Below, piece after piece: positions 29,501 through 40,915 of a stretch of DNA of 50,976 nt. The number at the start of each line of letters is the position of its first letter. The first letter of the stretch is position 1. The notes under the pieces were generated by a model. The model made no database searches. It saw only the letters and a list, made by a program, of their open reading frames with translations, and was not told where the DNA came from. A program made the translations under genes and the position numbers. The DNA is from Rhizobium sp. (GTDB taxonomy: Bacteria; Pseudomonadota; Alphaproteobacteria; Rhizobiales; Rhizobiaceae), in contig DATGWU010000184.1 in the NCBI GenBank assembly GCA_035299345.1, forward strand, positions 1-50,976. Direction: 5' to 3'.

Positions 29501-30971
29501 TCATCCACCTCTCGTTTGCACAGGGCGGATGAAAAATGCCATGCGACTGACGGCTGTCGACGAGATTGGCGTCGCCATCGGGCTGAAACCCGGTCAGGGT
29601 CTGGCGGAAGCGCGGGCGATTTGTCCTGCTCTTGATGCCGTTACCGCAGATGAGGATGCCGAGCGCCGATTTCTGGAAGGAATTGCCGACTGGTGTGATC
29701 GTTATACGCCGCTGGTCGCCATTGAGGGCGGGGACGGCCTTTTTCTCGACATCACCGGCTGTTCCCATCTTTTGGGCGGCGAAGAATTGTTGCTTGGAGA
29801 TATTCTGAAGCGCCTGTTCGAGATGGGGCTTGATGCCCGTGGAGCGATCTCCTCAACGCCCGGGTTGTCCTGGGCAATGGCGCGCTTTGGCGGCAATGGC
29901 ACTGTCGCCGAAGGGCACGCCAAATCTGCCCCGGCCTCCTTTCCGGTGGCCGCATGCCGGTTGCCGGAGGAGACGGTATTGGCGCTTCGAAAGACGGGGC
30001 TCAAGCGGGTTGGGGATCTGCTTGCGGCTCCGCGCGCACCGCTTGCTCGTCGGTTCGGTCCCTTGCCATTGTTGCGGCTCGACCAGATGCTCGGACGGGA
30101 AGATGAGCCGATCTCGCCGCGCCGCCCAGTTGCGGACCTCTCCGTCGAGCGGTGTCTTGCCGAACCTCTTCAGTGCGAGGAAGCCATCCTTCAACTCGTC
30201 CAACGGATGGCTGTGACGTTGAAAACGGAACTCGAGGCACGTTGCCAGGGTGGTCGCCGCTTCGAATTGCTTCTTTTCAGGGTCGACGGAAGGGTCTTCC
30301 GAATTGGTGTGGGCAGTTCCGTTCCTCTGCGCGATCCGACAGGCATTTCCTGCCTCTTTTCCGAACGCCTTGTCGCCCTGCATGACGATCTGGATACAGG
30401 TTATGGTTTCGAGATCCTGCGGCTCAATGTGCTGCAGGCAGAGACTCTCCACCGCATGCAGTCGGATTTTATCGGCAGCGCTCCCGTCGAAACCGCATTG
30501 GCAACTTTTGTCGATCAGGCGGTCGCCCGTTTTGGTCCGGGTTGTCTCGTGCGGCCTGTCTTGCAGGAAAGCCATGTACCGGAACGAGCATCGCTTCTTC
30601 TGCCGGTTGCCGATCTTATGGAGATCGTCTCGCTGGGTATGGAGCAGAGGGAGATTGGGACGGGCTGGCCGGTCAGGGCGAGGCGGCCGATCCGTCTACT
30701 GAAGGTTCCGGAGATTATCGAGGCGACGGCCGAGGCTCCGGAAGGCCCCCCCATGAGTTTCCGTTGGCGGCGATGTCTTCATCGTGTCCGACGGGCCGAA
30801 GGTCCGGAGAAACTCGCCATGGAATGGTGGATCGATGGTGAAGAGGCTCCCGCCCGGAACTATTTCCAGATCGAGGACGACGAGGGTCATCGCTACTGGC
30901 TGTTTCGTGAGGGCGCCTATGTCTCGAATGCCGAGATGCCACGCTGGTTCATGCACGGAGTTTTTGCATGA
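29352..30971 (+). CDS. imuB: ImuB, inactive Y-family polymerase
   Basis: [42 protein letters not shown] and C-terminal [20 protein letters not shown]; clamp-motif-like QSDF. Start uncertain. Confidence 0.9.
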   Translation: MTVCFPSPPSSLFQQTTSRRILALFFPHLRTDRIARRYWGASWRSTGRPDHPPLVCTGRMKNAMRLTAVDEIGVAIGLKPGQGLAEARAICPALDAVTADEDAERRFLEGIADWCDRYTPLVAIEGGDGLFLDITGCSHLLGGEELLLGDILKRLFEMGLDARGAISSTPGLSWAMARFGGNGTVAEGHAKSAPASFPVAACRLPEETVLALRKTGLKRVGDLLAAPRAPLARRFGPLPLLRLDQMLGREDEPISPRRPVADLSVERCLAEPLQCEEAILQLVQRMAVTLKTELEARCQGGRRFELLLFRVDGRVFRIGVGSSVPLRDPTGISCLFSERLVALHDDLDTGYGFEILRLNVLQAETLHRMQSDFIGSAPVETALATFVDQAVARFGPGCLVRPVLQESHVPERASLLLPVADLMEIVSLGMEQREIGTGWPVRARRPIRLLKVPEIIEATAEAPEGPPMSFRWRRCLHRVRRAEGPEKLAMEWWIDGEEAPARNYFQIEDDEGHRYWLFREGAYVSNAEMPRWFMHGVFA

Positions 30972-33900
30972 CGGCCGCACCCGCCTTTTTCGAGATCGGA
31001 ACGCGAACGAATTTTTCCTTTCTGGAAGGGACGTCTCATCCGGAGGAACTCGTCGAGGCGGCCAGCCGGCTTTGCCTTCCAGGCCTCGGTGTTGCGGATC
31101 GAAACACCGTTGCCGGGGTGGTGCGCGTGCATGCCAAAGCCAAGGAAATGGGATTCCGGTTCCAGCCGGGGGCACGGCTAGTCTTCGCCGACGGCACGCC
31201 GGATATTCTCGCCTATCCGCAAAACCGTCGCGGATGGGGAAATCTCTGTCGGCTCCTCAGTGCCGGTAATCTCAAGGGAGAAAAAGGCGTTTGCATTCTC
31301 CATGAGGGGGATCTGATTGAATGGGGAGAGGATTTGCTGATTGCGGTGGCACCGACGACGGAGCAGGTCACTGGCGGCAGCGATTTGCCTAGACTGCTTC
31401 GACGCTTGGTCTCCCGATTTGGCAATCGGGCATACCTGGCGCTTGTTCCACGTTATGACGGTCTCGACCGGGTCACCTTTGCCGTACTCGCATCCATGGC
31501 CGAGACGGCGGAACTTTCCCTGATCGCCAGCAACGAGCCACTTTATCACGAGGCGGCGCGCCGTCCGCTCGCTGATATCGTCACCGCCATTCGCACCCAT
31601 GTTCCCATCGCCGAAGCCGGGTTCCGCCTGGCCGCGAATGCGGAACGGTATCTGAAGACCGGGGCGGACATGGTCCAGATCTTCAGACACTATCCGCAGG
31701 CAATCGCCAATACGCAGCAGTTCTTTAGCCGGCTCTCCTTTTCTCTAGACGAATTGTGCTACCAATATCCCGACGAGAGCCTTGCCGATGAAACACCGTC
31801 TGAAACGCTCGAGAGATTGGCTCGCTCCGGTGCGGCAAGGCGTTATCCCGAAGGGGTGCCCGAAAAGATATCAACGCAGATCGACTATGAACTCGCTCTC
31901 ATTCGCGAGAAGCAGTACGAGCCCTATTTTCTGACGGTGCGTAACATCATCGAGTTTGCCCGGAGTGAGGGCATTCTCTGCCAGGGACGGGGTTCGGCGG
32001 CCAATTCCGTCGTTTGCTACTGTCTCGGTATTACCGAAGTCGATCCGAAGGAGACAACGCTGCTTTTCGAGCGGTTCATCTCGACGGAACGCGACGAACC
32101 ACCGGATATTGATGTCGATTTCGAGCATGAGAAGCGGGAAACCGTCATCCAGCATATCTATGAACGTTACGGGCGCGAGCATGCCGGATTGGCGGCGGCG
32201 GTGAGTTGCTATCGGGCGCGCTCGGCAGGTCGTGAGGTCGCCAAAGCCTTCGGACTGTCGGAGGATGTGCAATCTGCACTCGCGAGCACTGTCTGGGGAT
32301 GGTCGGCCGCCAATCTTTCCGAACGCGAGGCCAAGGCGGCAGGTCTGGACATGAGCAATCTGACGACGCAACGTGTCCTCACCTACGCTTCCAAGCTTAT
32401 CGGATTTCCGCGTCACCTGACCCAGCATGTCGGCGGCTTCGTCATCACGCGCGACAGGCTGGACGAGGTGGTTCCGATCATGAAAACGGCGATGGATGGT
32501 CGCTACATGGTCGAATGGGACAAGGATGACCTCGATACGCTCGGCATCCTCAAGATCGATATTCTGGCGCTTGGCATGCTGACGTGCCTTGCCAGAGCCT
32601 TCAAGCTTCTGGAAAGCCATTACGGCAAGCGTATCGCACTCGCCGATCTGTGCCGGGACCATCGGCCGGCGGTTTACGACATGATTTGTCGTGCTGACAC
32701 GATCGGCGTTTTCCAGATAGAGAGCCGGGCCCAGATGAGCATGCTGCCGCGCCTTAGGCCTCGGGTTTTCTATGATCTGGTGATCGAGGTGGCGATCGTT
32801 CGGCCCGGTCCCATTCAGGGCAACATGGTGCATCCCTATCTGAAACGGCGAGAGGACAAACGGGCTGGTCGACCGGTTACATATCCGAGCCTTGAACTGG
32901 AGGAGGTGCTGGAACGAACGCTCGGCGTTCCGCTTTTTCAGGAACAGGTCATGCAGATTGCCATCACCGCTGCGGGTTTTACGCCAGGTGAAGCGGACCG
33001 CCTCAGACGTGCGATGGCGACGTTCAAAAGGACCGGAACGATCCATACCTTCCGGAAGAAGATGGTCGAAGGCATGGTCAAGAATGATTACGATGCCGAG
33101 TTCGCCGAGAGTTGTTTCCGGCAGATCGAGGGTTTCGGCGAGTATGGCTTTCCGGAGAGCCATGCCGCATCCTTTGCCCTTCTGGTCTATGCGTCCAGCT
33201 GGCTCAAGGCGTATTATCCGGATGTCTTCTGTGTCGCCATTCTCAATTCACAACCGATGGGATTCTACACTTCGGCGCAATTGGTGCGGGATGCACGGGA
33301 ACACGGGGTCGTGGTGCGGCCAGTCGACATCAACGAATCCGATTGGGATGCGACCTTGGAGGACGGTGCTTTCGAACGAGATTGCATCCATCCCCGACAT
33401 GTTTCGATGCAAGACGTGATCCTGGCGCGGAAGGCGGTGCGGCTCGGATTCCGGCAGATCAAGGGACTGACACGGAAGGATGTCGACCGGCTCCTTGCTT
33501 GCCGAGGCAACGGTTACGTTTCCGTCCGGGATCTCTGGTTGCGGACCGGTCTTCCCCGTTCCGTCATCGAACGGCTCGCGGACGCGGATGTCTTTCGCTC
33601 GATCAAGCTCGACCGCCGAGCTGCCTTGTGGGAGGCAAAGGCCCTTGAGGAAGGACAAGCCGTTGAACATCTGCCGCTCTTTACCGATCATGGCGACCTT
33701 CAGTTGGAACCTGAAACGCCGCTTCCGCAGATGCGGGACAGCGAGCAGGTGGTCAACGATTATCGCTATCTCTCTCTGTCCCTGAAGGCGCACCCCGTCT
33801 CGTTTCTCCGCGCGCAACTGGATGCGCTCCAAATACGCCGATGCCGAGATTTGGAGATCGTGGAGAATGGACGAAAGACTACCATCGCCGGGCTGGTGCT

Positions 33901-34279
33901 GGTGCGCCAACGACCCGGCTCGGCGAACGGGATCATCTTCATGACCATCGAGGACGAGACCGGAATTGCCAATATCATTGTCTGGTCGAAGACCTTCGAG
34001 CGTTTCCGGCCGGTGGTCATGGGAGCCCGCTTCGTGAAGGTCCACGGACGATTACAAAAGGCCGACGGAGTCATTCACGTGATCGTAGAGGAGATCGAGG
34101 ATTGGTCATCCGCTCTTGGCCTTCTGGAAAGTGACTGCCATGACGGATTGGGCAATGCTGGCGCGACTTCACGTTCGATTATCAAACAGATGTTCAGTAA
34201 GTCCGAACCTCCAAGAGGCATATCCCCATCCGTCGGGTCCGCGCGGGACGCCATGCCGAAAGGCCGTAACTTCCATTGA
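30968..34279 (+). CDS. dnaE2: Error-prone DNA polymerase DnaE2 (ImuC)
   Basis: [11 protein letters not shown] domain, [29 protein letters not shown] fold and C-terminal GRNFH. Confidence 0.97.
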   Translation: MTAAPAFFEIGTRTNFSFLEGTSHPEELVEAASRLCLPGLGVADRNTVAGVVRVHAKAKEMGFRFQPGARLVFADGTPDILAYPQNRRGWGNLCRLLSAGNLKGEKGVCILHEGDLIEWGEDLLIAVAPTTEQVTGGSDLPRLLRRLVSRFGNRAYLALVPRYDGLDRVTFAVLASMAETAELSLIASNEPLYHEAARRPLADIVTAIRTHVPIAEAGFRLAANAERYLKTGADMVQIFRHYPQAIANTQQFFSRLSFSLDELCYQYPDESLADETPSETLERLARSGAARRYPEGVPEKISTQIDYELALIREKQYEPYFLTVRNIIEFARSEGILCQGRGSAANSVVCYCLGITEVDPKETTLLFERFISTERDEPPDIDVDFEHEKRETVIQHIYERYGREHAGLAAAVSCYRARSAGREVAKAFGLSEDVQSALASTVWGWSAANLSEREAKAAGLDMSNLTTQRVLTYASKLIGFPRHLTQHVGGFVITRDRLDEVVPIMKTAMDGRYMVEWDKDDLDTLGILKIDILALGMLTCLARAFKLLESHYGKRIALADLCRDHRPAVYDMICRADTIGVFQIESRAQMSMLPRLRPRVFYDLVIEVAIVRPGPIQGNMVHPYLKRREDKRAGRPVTYPSLELEEVLERTLGVPLFQEQVMQIAITAAGFTPGEADRLRRAMATFKRTGTIHTFRKKMVEGMVKNDYDAEFAESCFRQIEGFGEYGFPESHAASFALLVYASSWLKAYYPDVFCVAILNSQPMGFYTSAQLVRDAREHGVVVRPVDINESDWDATLEDGAFERDCIHPRHVSMQDVILARKAVRLGFRQIKGLTRKDVDRLLACRGNGYVSVRDLWLRTGLPRSVIERLADADVFRSIKLDRRAALWEAKALEEGQAVEHLPLFTDHGDLQLEPETPLPQMRDSEQVVNDYRYLSLSLKAHPVSFLRAQLDALQIRRCRDLEIVENGRKTTIAGLVLVRQRPGSANGIIFMTIEDETGIANIIVWSKTFERFRPVVMGARFVKVHGRLQKADGVIHVIVEEIEDWSSALGLLESDCHDGLGNAGATSRSIIKQMFSKSEPPRGISPSVGSARDAMPKGRNFH

Positions 34280-34379
34280 CTCACGTAGCGATTGTCGCAC
34301 GCGCCAGAAATTTTCTTGACACTAAATCTCTTCTTTAGCAAAAGAAAGGACGAGTACGAGTTCCCGGACAGGCCGCATC

Positions 34380-34691
34380 ATGCTTGTTTGCAGCTGCAAC
34401 TATATCACTGACACCGAAATCAAGGACGTGATCAATCAGCTTCTCGATGAGGACTGCTGGCAGCTCATCGTGCCTGCAAAGGTTTATCATGCAATGGCCA
34501 AGCGGGGCCGTTGCTGCGGCTGTTTCCCGACGGTTGTCGATATGATTATCAGTACAACCGAGGAATATCATGCCCGTCGCCACTCGACGCAGGCCGACGT
34601 TGTTGATTTCATTACGCGCCTGAAGACCTTCCACGAAGAAAGAAGGAGAGAAGACCTTGAAAGGCGACACAGGAGTCATCGAGCGGCTTAA
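34380..34691 (+). CDS. bfd: Bacterioferritin-associated ferredoxin
   Basis: MLVCSCN...CCGC [2Fe-2S] ligands; overlaps the bfr start. Confidence 0.88.
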   Translation: MLVCSCNYITDTEIKDVINQLLDEDCWQLIVPAKVYHAMAKRGRCCGCFPTVVDMIISTTEEYHARRHSTQADVVDFITRLKTFHEERRREDLERRHRSHRAA

Positions 34692-35142
34692 CGAAGCCCT
34701 CTTCCTCGAACTCGGCGCGGTCAACCAATATTGGCTTCACTACCGTCTTCTCGAAGACTGGGGCTACACGAAGCTCGCGAAAAAGGAGCGCGCCGAATCC
34801 ATCGAGGAAATGCATCATGCGGACAAGCTGGTTGCCCGCATCATTTTTCTCGAAGGCCATCCGAACCTGCAGTCGGTTGCTCCATTAAGGATCGGGCAAA
34901 CCGTCAAGGAGGTTCTGGAGGCAGACCTCGCTGGCGAGTATGACGCCCGCACCTCCTACAAAAAGTCTCGTGACATCTGTCATCAGGCGGGCGACTACGT
35001 CACCATGGCGCTCTTCGAGGAGCTCCTTGCCGACGAAGAGGGCCACATCGACTTTCTCGAAACCCAGCTGGATCTCCTGAGCAAGCTCGGAGAGGAGCGC
35101 TACGGCCTTCTGAACTCGGATTCAGCCGACTCGGCGGAGTGA
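34657..35142 (+). CDS. bfr: Bacterioferritin
   Basis: [24 protein letters not shown] (heme Met) and DEEGHID motifs; TTG start with AGGAG RBS. Confidence 0.97.
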   Translation: MKGDTGVIERLNEALFLELGAVNQYWLHYRLLEDWGYTKLAKKERAESIEEMHHADKLVARIIFLEGHPNLQSVAPLRIGQTVKEVLEADLAGEYDARTSYKKSRDICHQAGDYVTMALFEELLADEEGHIDFLETQLDLLSKLGEERYGLLNSDSADSAE

Positions 35143-35151
35143 CGCTGGCAA

Positions 35152-35173
35152 ACGCCCGCAAACATGCGGGCGT
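35152..35173. terminator. Hairpin between convergent bfr and rppH
   Basis: ACGCCCGCA-aaca-TGCGGGCGT 9-bp stem. Confidence 0.6.
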
Positions 35174-35178
35174 CATCC

Positions 35179-35706
35179 TCAGTCAGCCAAATGGCGAAAT
35201 TCCGCGATCACCTGATCATAGACCGCCCGTTTGAAGGGAACGATCAGGTCTGGTAATTCTTGCATGGGCTTCCATGCCCAGGCATCAAATTCAGCGTGAT
35301 GGCCGCCCGGGGGTGGGTTGATGGCGATTTCATGCTCATCTCCTTCGAACCGGAAGGCGAACCACCGCTGTGTCTGACCGCGGTATTTTCCCCTGAGCGC
35401 GACGCCAATCAATTGCGGCGGCAGTTCGTAATTGATCCAGCGGCCGGCTTCTGCCAACAGGGACACGGATATCATTCCGGTCTCCTCGTAGAGCTCCCGC
35501 ACCGCAGCACTCAGGGCATCCTCTCCGTCGTCGATTCCCCCCTGTGGCATCTGCCAGAGCTTCGGCGAGCCGTCGAACTCTGAATTCTCCGCCGGAATGC
35601 GACGTCCGACCCAGACCAGTCCCTCCCGATTGAGAACCATGACACCGACGCAGGGGCGGTAAGGCAGATCTTCGGCGCGGACTGTCCGTTCACTCATATG
35701 AGACAT
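35179..35706 (-). CDS. rppH: RNA pyrophosphohydrolase (Nudix)
   Basis: [33 protein letters not shown] Nudix box, RGQTQRWF and IVPFKR motifs. Alternative start at 35697. Confidence 0.95.
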   Translation of the reverse strand: MSHMSERTVRAEDLPYRPCVGVMVLNREGLVWVGRRIPAENSEFDGSPKLWQMPQGGIDDGEDALSAAVRELYEETGMISVSLLAEAGRWINYELPPQLIGVALRGKYRGQTQRWFAFRFEGDEHEIAINPPPGGHHAEFDAWAWKPMQELPDLIVPFKRAVYDQVIAEFRHLAD

Positions 35707-35715
35707 GTCGATCCT

Positions 35716-36903
35716 TCACGGCTGAGGGTTTTCCGTCAGCGCCGAGATCGCTACGATCTCGATGCCGCGACGCGATGCTTCTTCGCTCCACTTGCGAACG
35801 GCGTCAATTGTCTCGTCGAAGGCCGAACCGGCACCGATTGCACTTCCCTTTCGCAGCGCGATACGCTCCAGTTCGTCCAGACGGCGCAGGATCGCCTGCT
35901 GGTCGAGTTGCCCGTCGATCTGTACATCGGCGAACGCCTGAGGCATTCCCATAGCCTTTGCCATCTGACCGCTCAGCGACCGAGCGGATGATCCGTCGTC
36001 GAAGAACAGCAAACCACGCTTACTGATATCGCGCATTACAGGCTCGAGTGCATTGGCGTCCGCAAGGAACTTGCCGCCCATATAGTTCATGATCCCCGTG
36101 TAGTTGGTGATGCTTGCCATCGCCTCATGAAGATTGGCGATGTTGGTGTCCGCTCCGGCCGTGGTCAGAAGCGTCCCAGGTCCGGGGTCGTTGCTCGGGT
36201 AATCGAAAGGTTCGAGGGGGAGCTGTAGCAGAATCTCGTGACCGTCCCGCCGTGCTTCCTGCATCCACCGCTGAAGACTGTTGCCAGTCGCCGCGAAGGC
36301 AAGCGTAATCTCCCCCGGAAGCTCACGAATAGCTCGCTGCGTACCCGTCTGGCTGAGTCCCAGGCCTCCAACGACGATGGCGATTCGCGTGCCCCTGGCA
36401 CCTGACCATGGCCGTGCATACTGATCAATTGGCCGGAGCCCGTCGGGTCCGACCGTCGGCAGCCGGCCCTGTGGACTGTCTTCGAGAAGGAATTCATTCG
36501 GCGTTCCCGCCATGCGCGGATCCTGCCCGATGCGCGGCGTGTCGATCAGTAACGGTCCGCTGTTACCGCGCGCCTTCGGGCTGTACTTTGTGACAACCGT
36601 TCCGTTGTCGGTCACCGTCCGCTCGACATCGGCGCCGGCAGCCGGTCGCGTCGCCGTCAACCCGGCGCCACCCGGTGGCTGCGCCGCGAACTCGGTCGTC
36701 TTATCCTGATCAGGTGCTGCGAGAGACGGCAGGTTCGGCGCTGAATCGTGCAGCGGCAGTGTCGTCAGGGTGGAAAACAGAGAGAGACCAAGTACAACCG
36801 AGACGCCCGCGAAACTTCCAATTGCTCGCCAAGAAACGCCAATTGTCTTGCGGGGATGGCGCTTCTCGCCCTGTCCCAGCGGTTTGTGCAGGTCAGCCCC
36901 CAA
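35716..36903 (-). CDS. Divergent polysaccharide deacetylase family protein (YibQ-like)
   Basis: IAIVVGGLG, LPGEITLAF, GHEILLQLPLEP, GIMNYMG and FDDGS motifs; TTG start (MGADLHKPLG). Confidence 0.88.
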   Translation of the reverse strand: MGADLHKPLGQGEKRHPRKTIGVSWRAIGSFAGVSVVLGLSLFSTLTTLPLHDSAPNLPSLAAPDQDKTTEFAAQPPGGAGLTATRPAAGADVERTVTDNGTVVTKYSPKARGNSGPLLIDTPRIGQDPRMAGTPNEFLLEDSPQGRLPTVGPDGLRPIDQYARPWSGARGTRIAIVVGGLGLSQTGTQRAIRELPGEITLAFAATGNSLQRWMQEARRDGHEILLQLPLEPFDYPSNDPGPGTLLTTAGADTNIANLHEAMASITNYTGIMNYMGGKFLADANALEPVMRDISKRGLLFFDDGSSARSLSGQMAKAMGMPQAFADVQIDGQLDQQAILRRLDELERIALRKGSAIGAGSAFDETIDAVRKWSEEASRRGIEIVAISALTENPQP

Positions 36904-36931
36904 TGTCTTCTTCCGTCCCCTCACGCGGCAG

Positions 36932-36962
36932 AAAAACGGGCGCCGAAGTTCCCCGGCGCCCG
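36932..36962 (-). terminator. Terminator after ctpA
   Basis: CGGGCGCCG...CGGCGCCCG stem followed by TTTTT on the minus strand. Confidence 0.75.
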
Positions 36963-36967
36963 CTCAT

Positions 36968-38290
36968 TTACTTGGCAACGACCGCCTTTTCGGGATCCGC
37001 CGGGAAGGACGGGTCCGTCTTCTTGCCGCGCAGCAGGTCCAGAGCATAGTTCAGCTGAACGTCGTCCTTCGCTTCCGGCGGCACATAGGCAAAGGAGCCG
37101 GAACCTTCGTTGGTCTCGTTCTGTCCCTGGATATGTCCAGGCAACGCTGATTCACCTTCCGCCCGGACGCGTCCCTTCAGATCTTCCGGCAGGGGTTGAT
37201 CGACCTTGATATCGGGCTCGATACCGGTGCCCTGTATCGACTTGCCCGACGGGGTGTAATAGAGCGCCGTCGTCAGACGCAAGGCACCCTTCTCGCCCAT
37301 GGGAATGATCGTTTGCACGGAACCCTTGCCGAACGAGCGGGTTCCGAGAACGGTGGCACGCTTCAGATCCTGCAGCGCGCCGGCCACGATCTCCGACGCC
37401 GACGCAGAGCCGCCATTCACCAGTACTATAACCGGCTTGCCGTCGGTGAGGTCGCCTGCGCTGGCATTGAAGCGGCGCGTATCATCCGCGTTGCGGCTGC
37501 GCGTGGAGACCACTTCTCCCTTTTCGAGGAAGGCGTCGGAGACGTAGATCGCCTGATCCAGAAGACCACCCGGATTCAGTCGGAGGTCCAGAACATAGCC
37601 CTTCAGCTTATCGGCCGGGACTTCCTTCTTGATTTTCGTGATCGCCGCTTCGAGGTCGTCATAGGTCTTTTCCGTGAAGGAGATCACCCGAAGATAGCCG
37701 ACGTCTTCTTCGACGCGCGACTTGACTGCCTTGACCGCGATGATCTCGCGCACAATGCTGAACTCGAGAGGCTTGTCGGCGCCCTTGCGCAATACCGTCA
37801 GCTTGATGGGCGTATTGACCGCGCCCCGCATCTTTTCGACGGCTTCTTCAAGCTTCAGACCACGCACCGGTTCGCCGTTGATCTCGGAGATCAGATCGCC
37901 GGCCAGAATGCCGGCGCGGGCGCCCGGCGTGTCGTCGATCGGCGTGATGACCTTTACGAGCTCATCTTCCATGGTGACTTCGATACCGATGCCGCCGAAC
38001 TCACCCTTTGTCTGGGTCTGCATATCGGCTGCATCCTTGGCATTCATGTAGCTTGAGTGCGGATCGAGCGAACTCAGCATGCCGTTGATGGCGTTCTCGA
38101 CCAGCTTCTCTTCGTCCGGCGGCGTTACGTATTGCGCGCGGACGCGCTCGAAGACGTCGCCGAAAATCGCCAGTTCCTTGTAGGTGGAGGGCCCGGCGGC
38201 CTGCGCGGGAACGCCGGCCGAGTAAATGACGCCCATCGCCGTCGCGCCCATCAACGCGCCGACGAGAAGAAGTGAAACCCTACGTACCAT
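36968..38290 (-). CDS. ctpA: Carboxy-terminal processing protease (S41)
   Basis: LDPHS, PDZ GGIGI, DLRLNPGG, SASASEIVAGAL and SFGKGSVQ motifs. Confidence 0.95.
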   Translation of the reverse strand: MVRRVSLLLVGALMGATAMGVIYSAGVPAQAAGPSTYKELAIFGDVFERVRAQYVTPPDEEKLVENAINGMLSSLDPHSSYMNAKDAADMQTQTKGEFGGIGIEVTMEDELVKVITPIDDTPGARAGILAGDLISEINGEPVRGLKLEEAVEKMRGAVNTPIKLTVLRKGADKPLEFSIVREIIAVKAVKSRVEEDVGYLRVISFTEKTYDDLEAAITKIKKEVPADKLKGYVLDLRLNPGGLLDQAIYVSDAFLEKGEVVSTRSRNADDTRRFNASAGDLTDGKPVIVLVNGGSASASEIVAGALQDLKRATVLGTRSFGKGSVQTIIPMGEKGALRLTTALYYTPSGKSIQGTGIEPDIKVDQPLPEDLKGRVRAEGESALPGHIQGQNETNEGSGSFAYVPPEAKDDVQLNYALDLLRGKKTDPSFPADPEKAVVAK

Positions 38291-39722
38291 TCTGTGCCTT
38301 TCCAGAGTCCTGACCAGTCCACCAGGGACGGGAATCAACAGGTTTTCCGTCTTTCCTGAATTCAATGTAAAGCGTCGGACGATCGGTTTCCAGCGTCAAT
38401 GCCGTGGCGCTTGCCAGTCTCTTCTCACCCATCGTTCCGATAGGCTCGCCGGAGAGGACGAACTTGCCTTGACTGGTACTGACCTCGCCCATCCCGGAAA
38501 GGACGACATGATAACCGTCGCCCGTATTCAGAATGATCATCTGTCCGTAGCTTCTGAACTCGCCGGCAAACACGACCCAACCGTCCGACGGCGCCGTCAC
38601 CAACGATCCCGAGGCTGCAGCGATCGTCACGCCCATCGCAGTGTGGCCGGTCCCGTCCGGGTCGCCGAAACGGCGCAGGATTTCCCCCGCCACCGGCAGC
38701 TCCAGCTTGCCCTTCAGTTCGGAGAACGGATATGCCGGGGCAATACGGTTTTTGTCGGGCAGGCTTTCAGCGAGCTCTCGCGCCTTTTGCCGCTGTTCCT
38801 CCGTTTGCGCGCGGCGACGTTCCTCCTCCTGTTTTGCCTTCTCGGCGGCCTCGCGGACGGACGTGATCTCGCCCTCGAGAGAGGCGATGAGTTGTTCGAG
38901 ATTGGAGGCCTTCTCAGCCAATTGTTCGGAACGTTGGCGTTCTGCCGCCAACTCGTCTGCACGGGAGAGCGAGAGCCGTTCGTTCGCGATCAGGAGCAGG
39001 TCCATCCGGCGCTCCTCTTCCTGCCGACTTGCCATGGTGGTAGCCAGCGCTTCCTTTTCCGCACCGATCTTTCTCTTCAGATCCGACAACTCCTGCAGAT
39101 CCGTCGCCAGTTCCTCCGTCTCCTTGCGGATGCCCGGAACGACAGCGCCGAGCAGGATTGCGGTTCGCACCGAGGCAAGAGCATCTTCCGGACTGACGAG
39201 CAGGGCGGGAGGCGGATTCCGCCCCATTCGCTGCAGGGCAGCCAGCACTTCGGCGAGGACCGCGCGCCGCTCACGGAACGAGCGACGAATTTTGTCTTCC
39301 CGAACTCCGAACCCGGCGAGCTTCGCCTCACTGTCGTTGATCTTTCTCTCCAGCTCCTTGCGCCGTTCCGCAGATTCGATCAATGCGGATCGCAAGTCCA
39401 CCGCATCCTTCTTGAGCGCGGCAATGTCGGCTTCGAGCTCAGCAGCCTTCTCTTCCGAGAGATGGATGGTCCGGGAGAGGTCGTGCAACTCCCGGCTGAC
39501 CTCGTCCCTCTTCTGGCGCAGTACAAGGTCGGGCGCAGTTTCCGACGCATTACCGGCGGGTGAAGAAGCGGCGCCTCCAGCCGTGTCCTGTGCGAGTGCG
39601 CGACCATCATCGCGGATGGGGCATAGGGCAAGGACCAACGCGACGGCACAGGCCGGGAGAAGCGCGTAACGGCTTCCGGCCGGGTCGATGGCGGCAGACT
39701 CTGTCTGGATTCTGTGCAGCAA
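38280..39722 (-). CDS. envC: Murein hydrolase activator EnvC family (coiled coil + degenerate M23)
   Basis: Signal/TM segment, long coiled coil, C-terminal M23 fold lacking Zn ligands (LYIEFRKDGKPVD). Start uncertain. Confidence 0.85.
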   Translation of the reverse strand: MLHRIQTESAAIDPAGSRYALLPACAVALVLALCPIRDDGRALAQDTAGGAASSPAGNASETAPDLVLRQKRDEVSRELHDLSRTIHLSEEKAAELEADIAALKKDAVDLRSALIESAERRKELERKINDSEAKLAGFGVREDKIRRSFRERRAVLAEVLAALQRMGRNPPPALLVSPEDALASVRTAILLGAVVPGIRKETEELATDLQELSDLKRKIGAEKEALATTMASRQEEERRMDLLLIANERLSLSRADELAAERQRSEQLAEKASNLEQLIASLEGEITSVREAAEKAKQEEERRRAQTEEQRQKARELAESLPDKNRIAPAYPFSELKGKLELPVAGEILRRFGDPDGTGHTAMGVTIAAASGSLVTAPSDGWVVFAGEFRSYGQMIILNTGDGYHVVLSGMGEVSTSQGKFVLSGEPIGTMGEKRLASATALTLETDRPTLYIEFRKDGKPVDSRPWWTGQDSGKAQNGT

Positions 39723-39815
39723 ATCGCTTTCCCGATGTTGCCGGGAAAATAAGCTGATTTGTCTAAATGCGCAAAGGCGCAACTACAATCGGACTTTGCG
39801 TCCGGAGGCAGCGGT

Positions 39816-40298
39816 TCATGCCCGGTGGTAGGGGTGGCCGGAAAGGATCGTGACCGCACGGTAGAGTTGCTCCGCGACGAGGATACGCACGAGCTGATGC
39901 GGCCAGGTCATACGGCCGAGATTGAGAACGGCGTCGGCCTTCCCGTGAAGATCAGGATCGACGCCGTCGGCCCCGCCGATCAGGATCACCAGATCTCGTT
40001 GGCCGCGATCTCGATACTTCCCTAGAAAATCTGCGAACTGCTCGCTGTCGAGCGCCTTTCCGTGCTCATCGAGTACGACCAACAGCGACCCGAGCGGCAT
40101 CGCCTTGATGAGCTCTGCGGCTTCCTCACGCTTGCGCGTCGCAGCGTTCGACGCACGACTTTCAGCAATCTCCACGGTGCGGGCGAACTCTAGCCCTGTG
40201 GCGGGACCCGCCTTGGCAAAGCGCTCGATATAACGGGAAGCAAGTTCCTTCTCCGGGCCGGCCTTCAGTCGCCCGACGGCAAAGATGCCAATGCGCAT
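39816..40298 (-). CDS. rlmH: 23S rRNA pseudouridine-1915 N3-methyltransferase
   Basis: IGGADG, MTWPHQLVR, EQLYRA and GHPYHR motifs. Confidence 0.95.
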   Translation of the reverse strand: MRIGIFAVGRLKAGPEKELASRYIERFAKAGPATGLEFARTVEIAESRASNAATRKREEAAELIKAMPLGSLLVVLDEHGKALDSEQFADFLGKYRDRGQRDLVILIGGADGVDPDLHGKADAVLNLGRMTWPHQLVRILVAEQLYRAVTILSGHPYHRA

Positions 40299-40393
40299 GT
40301 CCCTATTCCATTGATTGGCCACAAGGACCAGTAGTGGCAACCTTGGCCGTTGCCACTTCAATCGGCACAGCGGATACCGGTGTTATCCGTCTG

Positions 40394-40807
40394 TTAGTGC
40401 AGCTTGCCTTCCTCCATTTCCGGAGCCGCCCACATCTTCTCGATGTTGTAGAACTCGCGGATTTCCGGACGGAAGACATGTACGATGACATCACCAGCGT
40501 CGATGAGCACCCAGTCACCCGTGTCGAGCCCTTCCACGCGGGGGCTTCCGAAGCCCTCGTCCTTCAGGTCCGAAATGAGATGCTCGCAGATCGCGACAAC
40601 ATGTCGGGTCGAACGCCCGGAGGCGATGACCATGTAATCGCCGAGCGCCGACTTTCCAGCAATGTTGATGGTGACGATGTCTTCTGCTTTCGAGTCCTCG
40701 AGGCTTGCGAGGACCTGCTCGAGAGCGCGAGCCACGGCAAATGCGCCACGTTCCGTGCTCTTTGGGACGACAACCGGTGTGCGTCCCTTGGTGTGTACTG
40801 TTGTCAG
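40394..40807 (-). CDS. rsfS: Ribosome silencing factor (Iojap)
   Basis: KAEDIV, IASGRSTRHV, WVLIDAGDVIVHVF and REFYNIEKMW motifs; start placed at CTG behind an AAGGAAAGG RBS. Confidence 0.92.
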   Translation of the reverse strand: MTTVHTKGRTPVVVPKSTERGAFAVARALEQVLASLEDSKAEDIVTINIAGKSALGDYMVIASGRSTRHVVAICEHLISDLKDEGFGSPRVEGLDTGDWVLIDAGDVIVHVFRPEIREFYNIEKMWAAPEMEEGKLH

Positions 40808-40915
40808 AGTCTTTCCTTTCCTTGAAGAACAGCACGTTGCTTTCGGCCAGACTCGGCAGATGCCCTCAAAAGGTGGCATCAAATCTGCGATCTTTCAAGG
40901 GTTGTGCTGCAAATG

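Noticed and set aside
34280-34379. Possible iron-regulator (RirA IRO or Irr ICE) box upstream of bfd
   Set aside because: Only a half-match (TTGACACTAAATCTC); no complete TGA-N9-TCA or TTTAGAA-N3-TTCTAAA.
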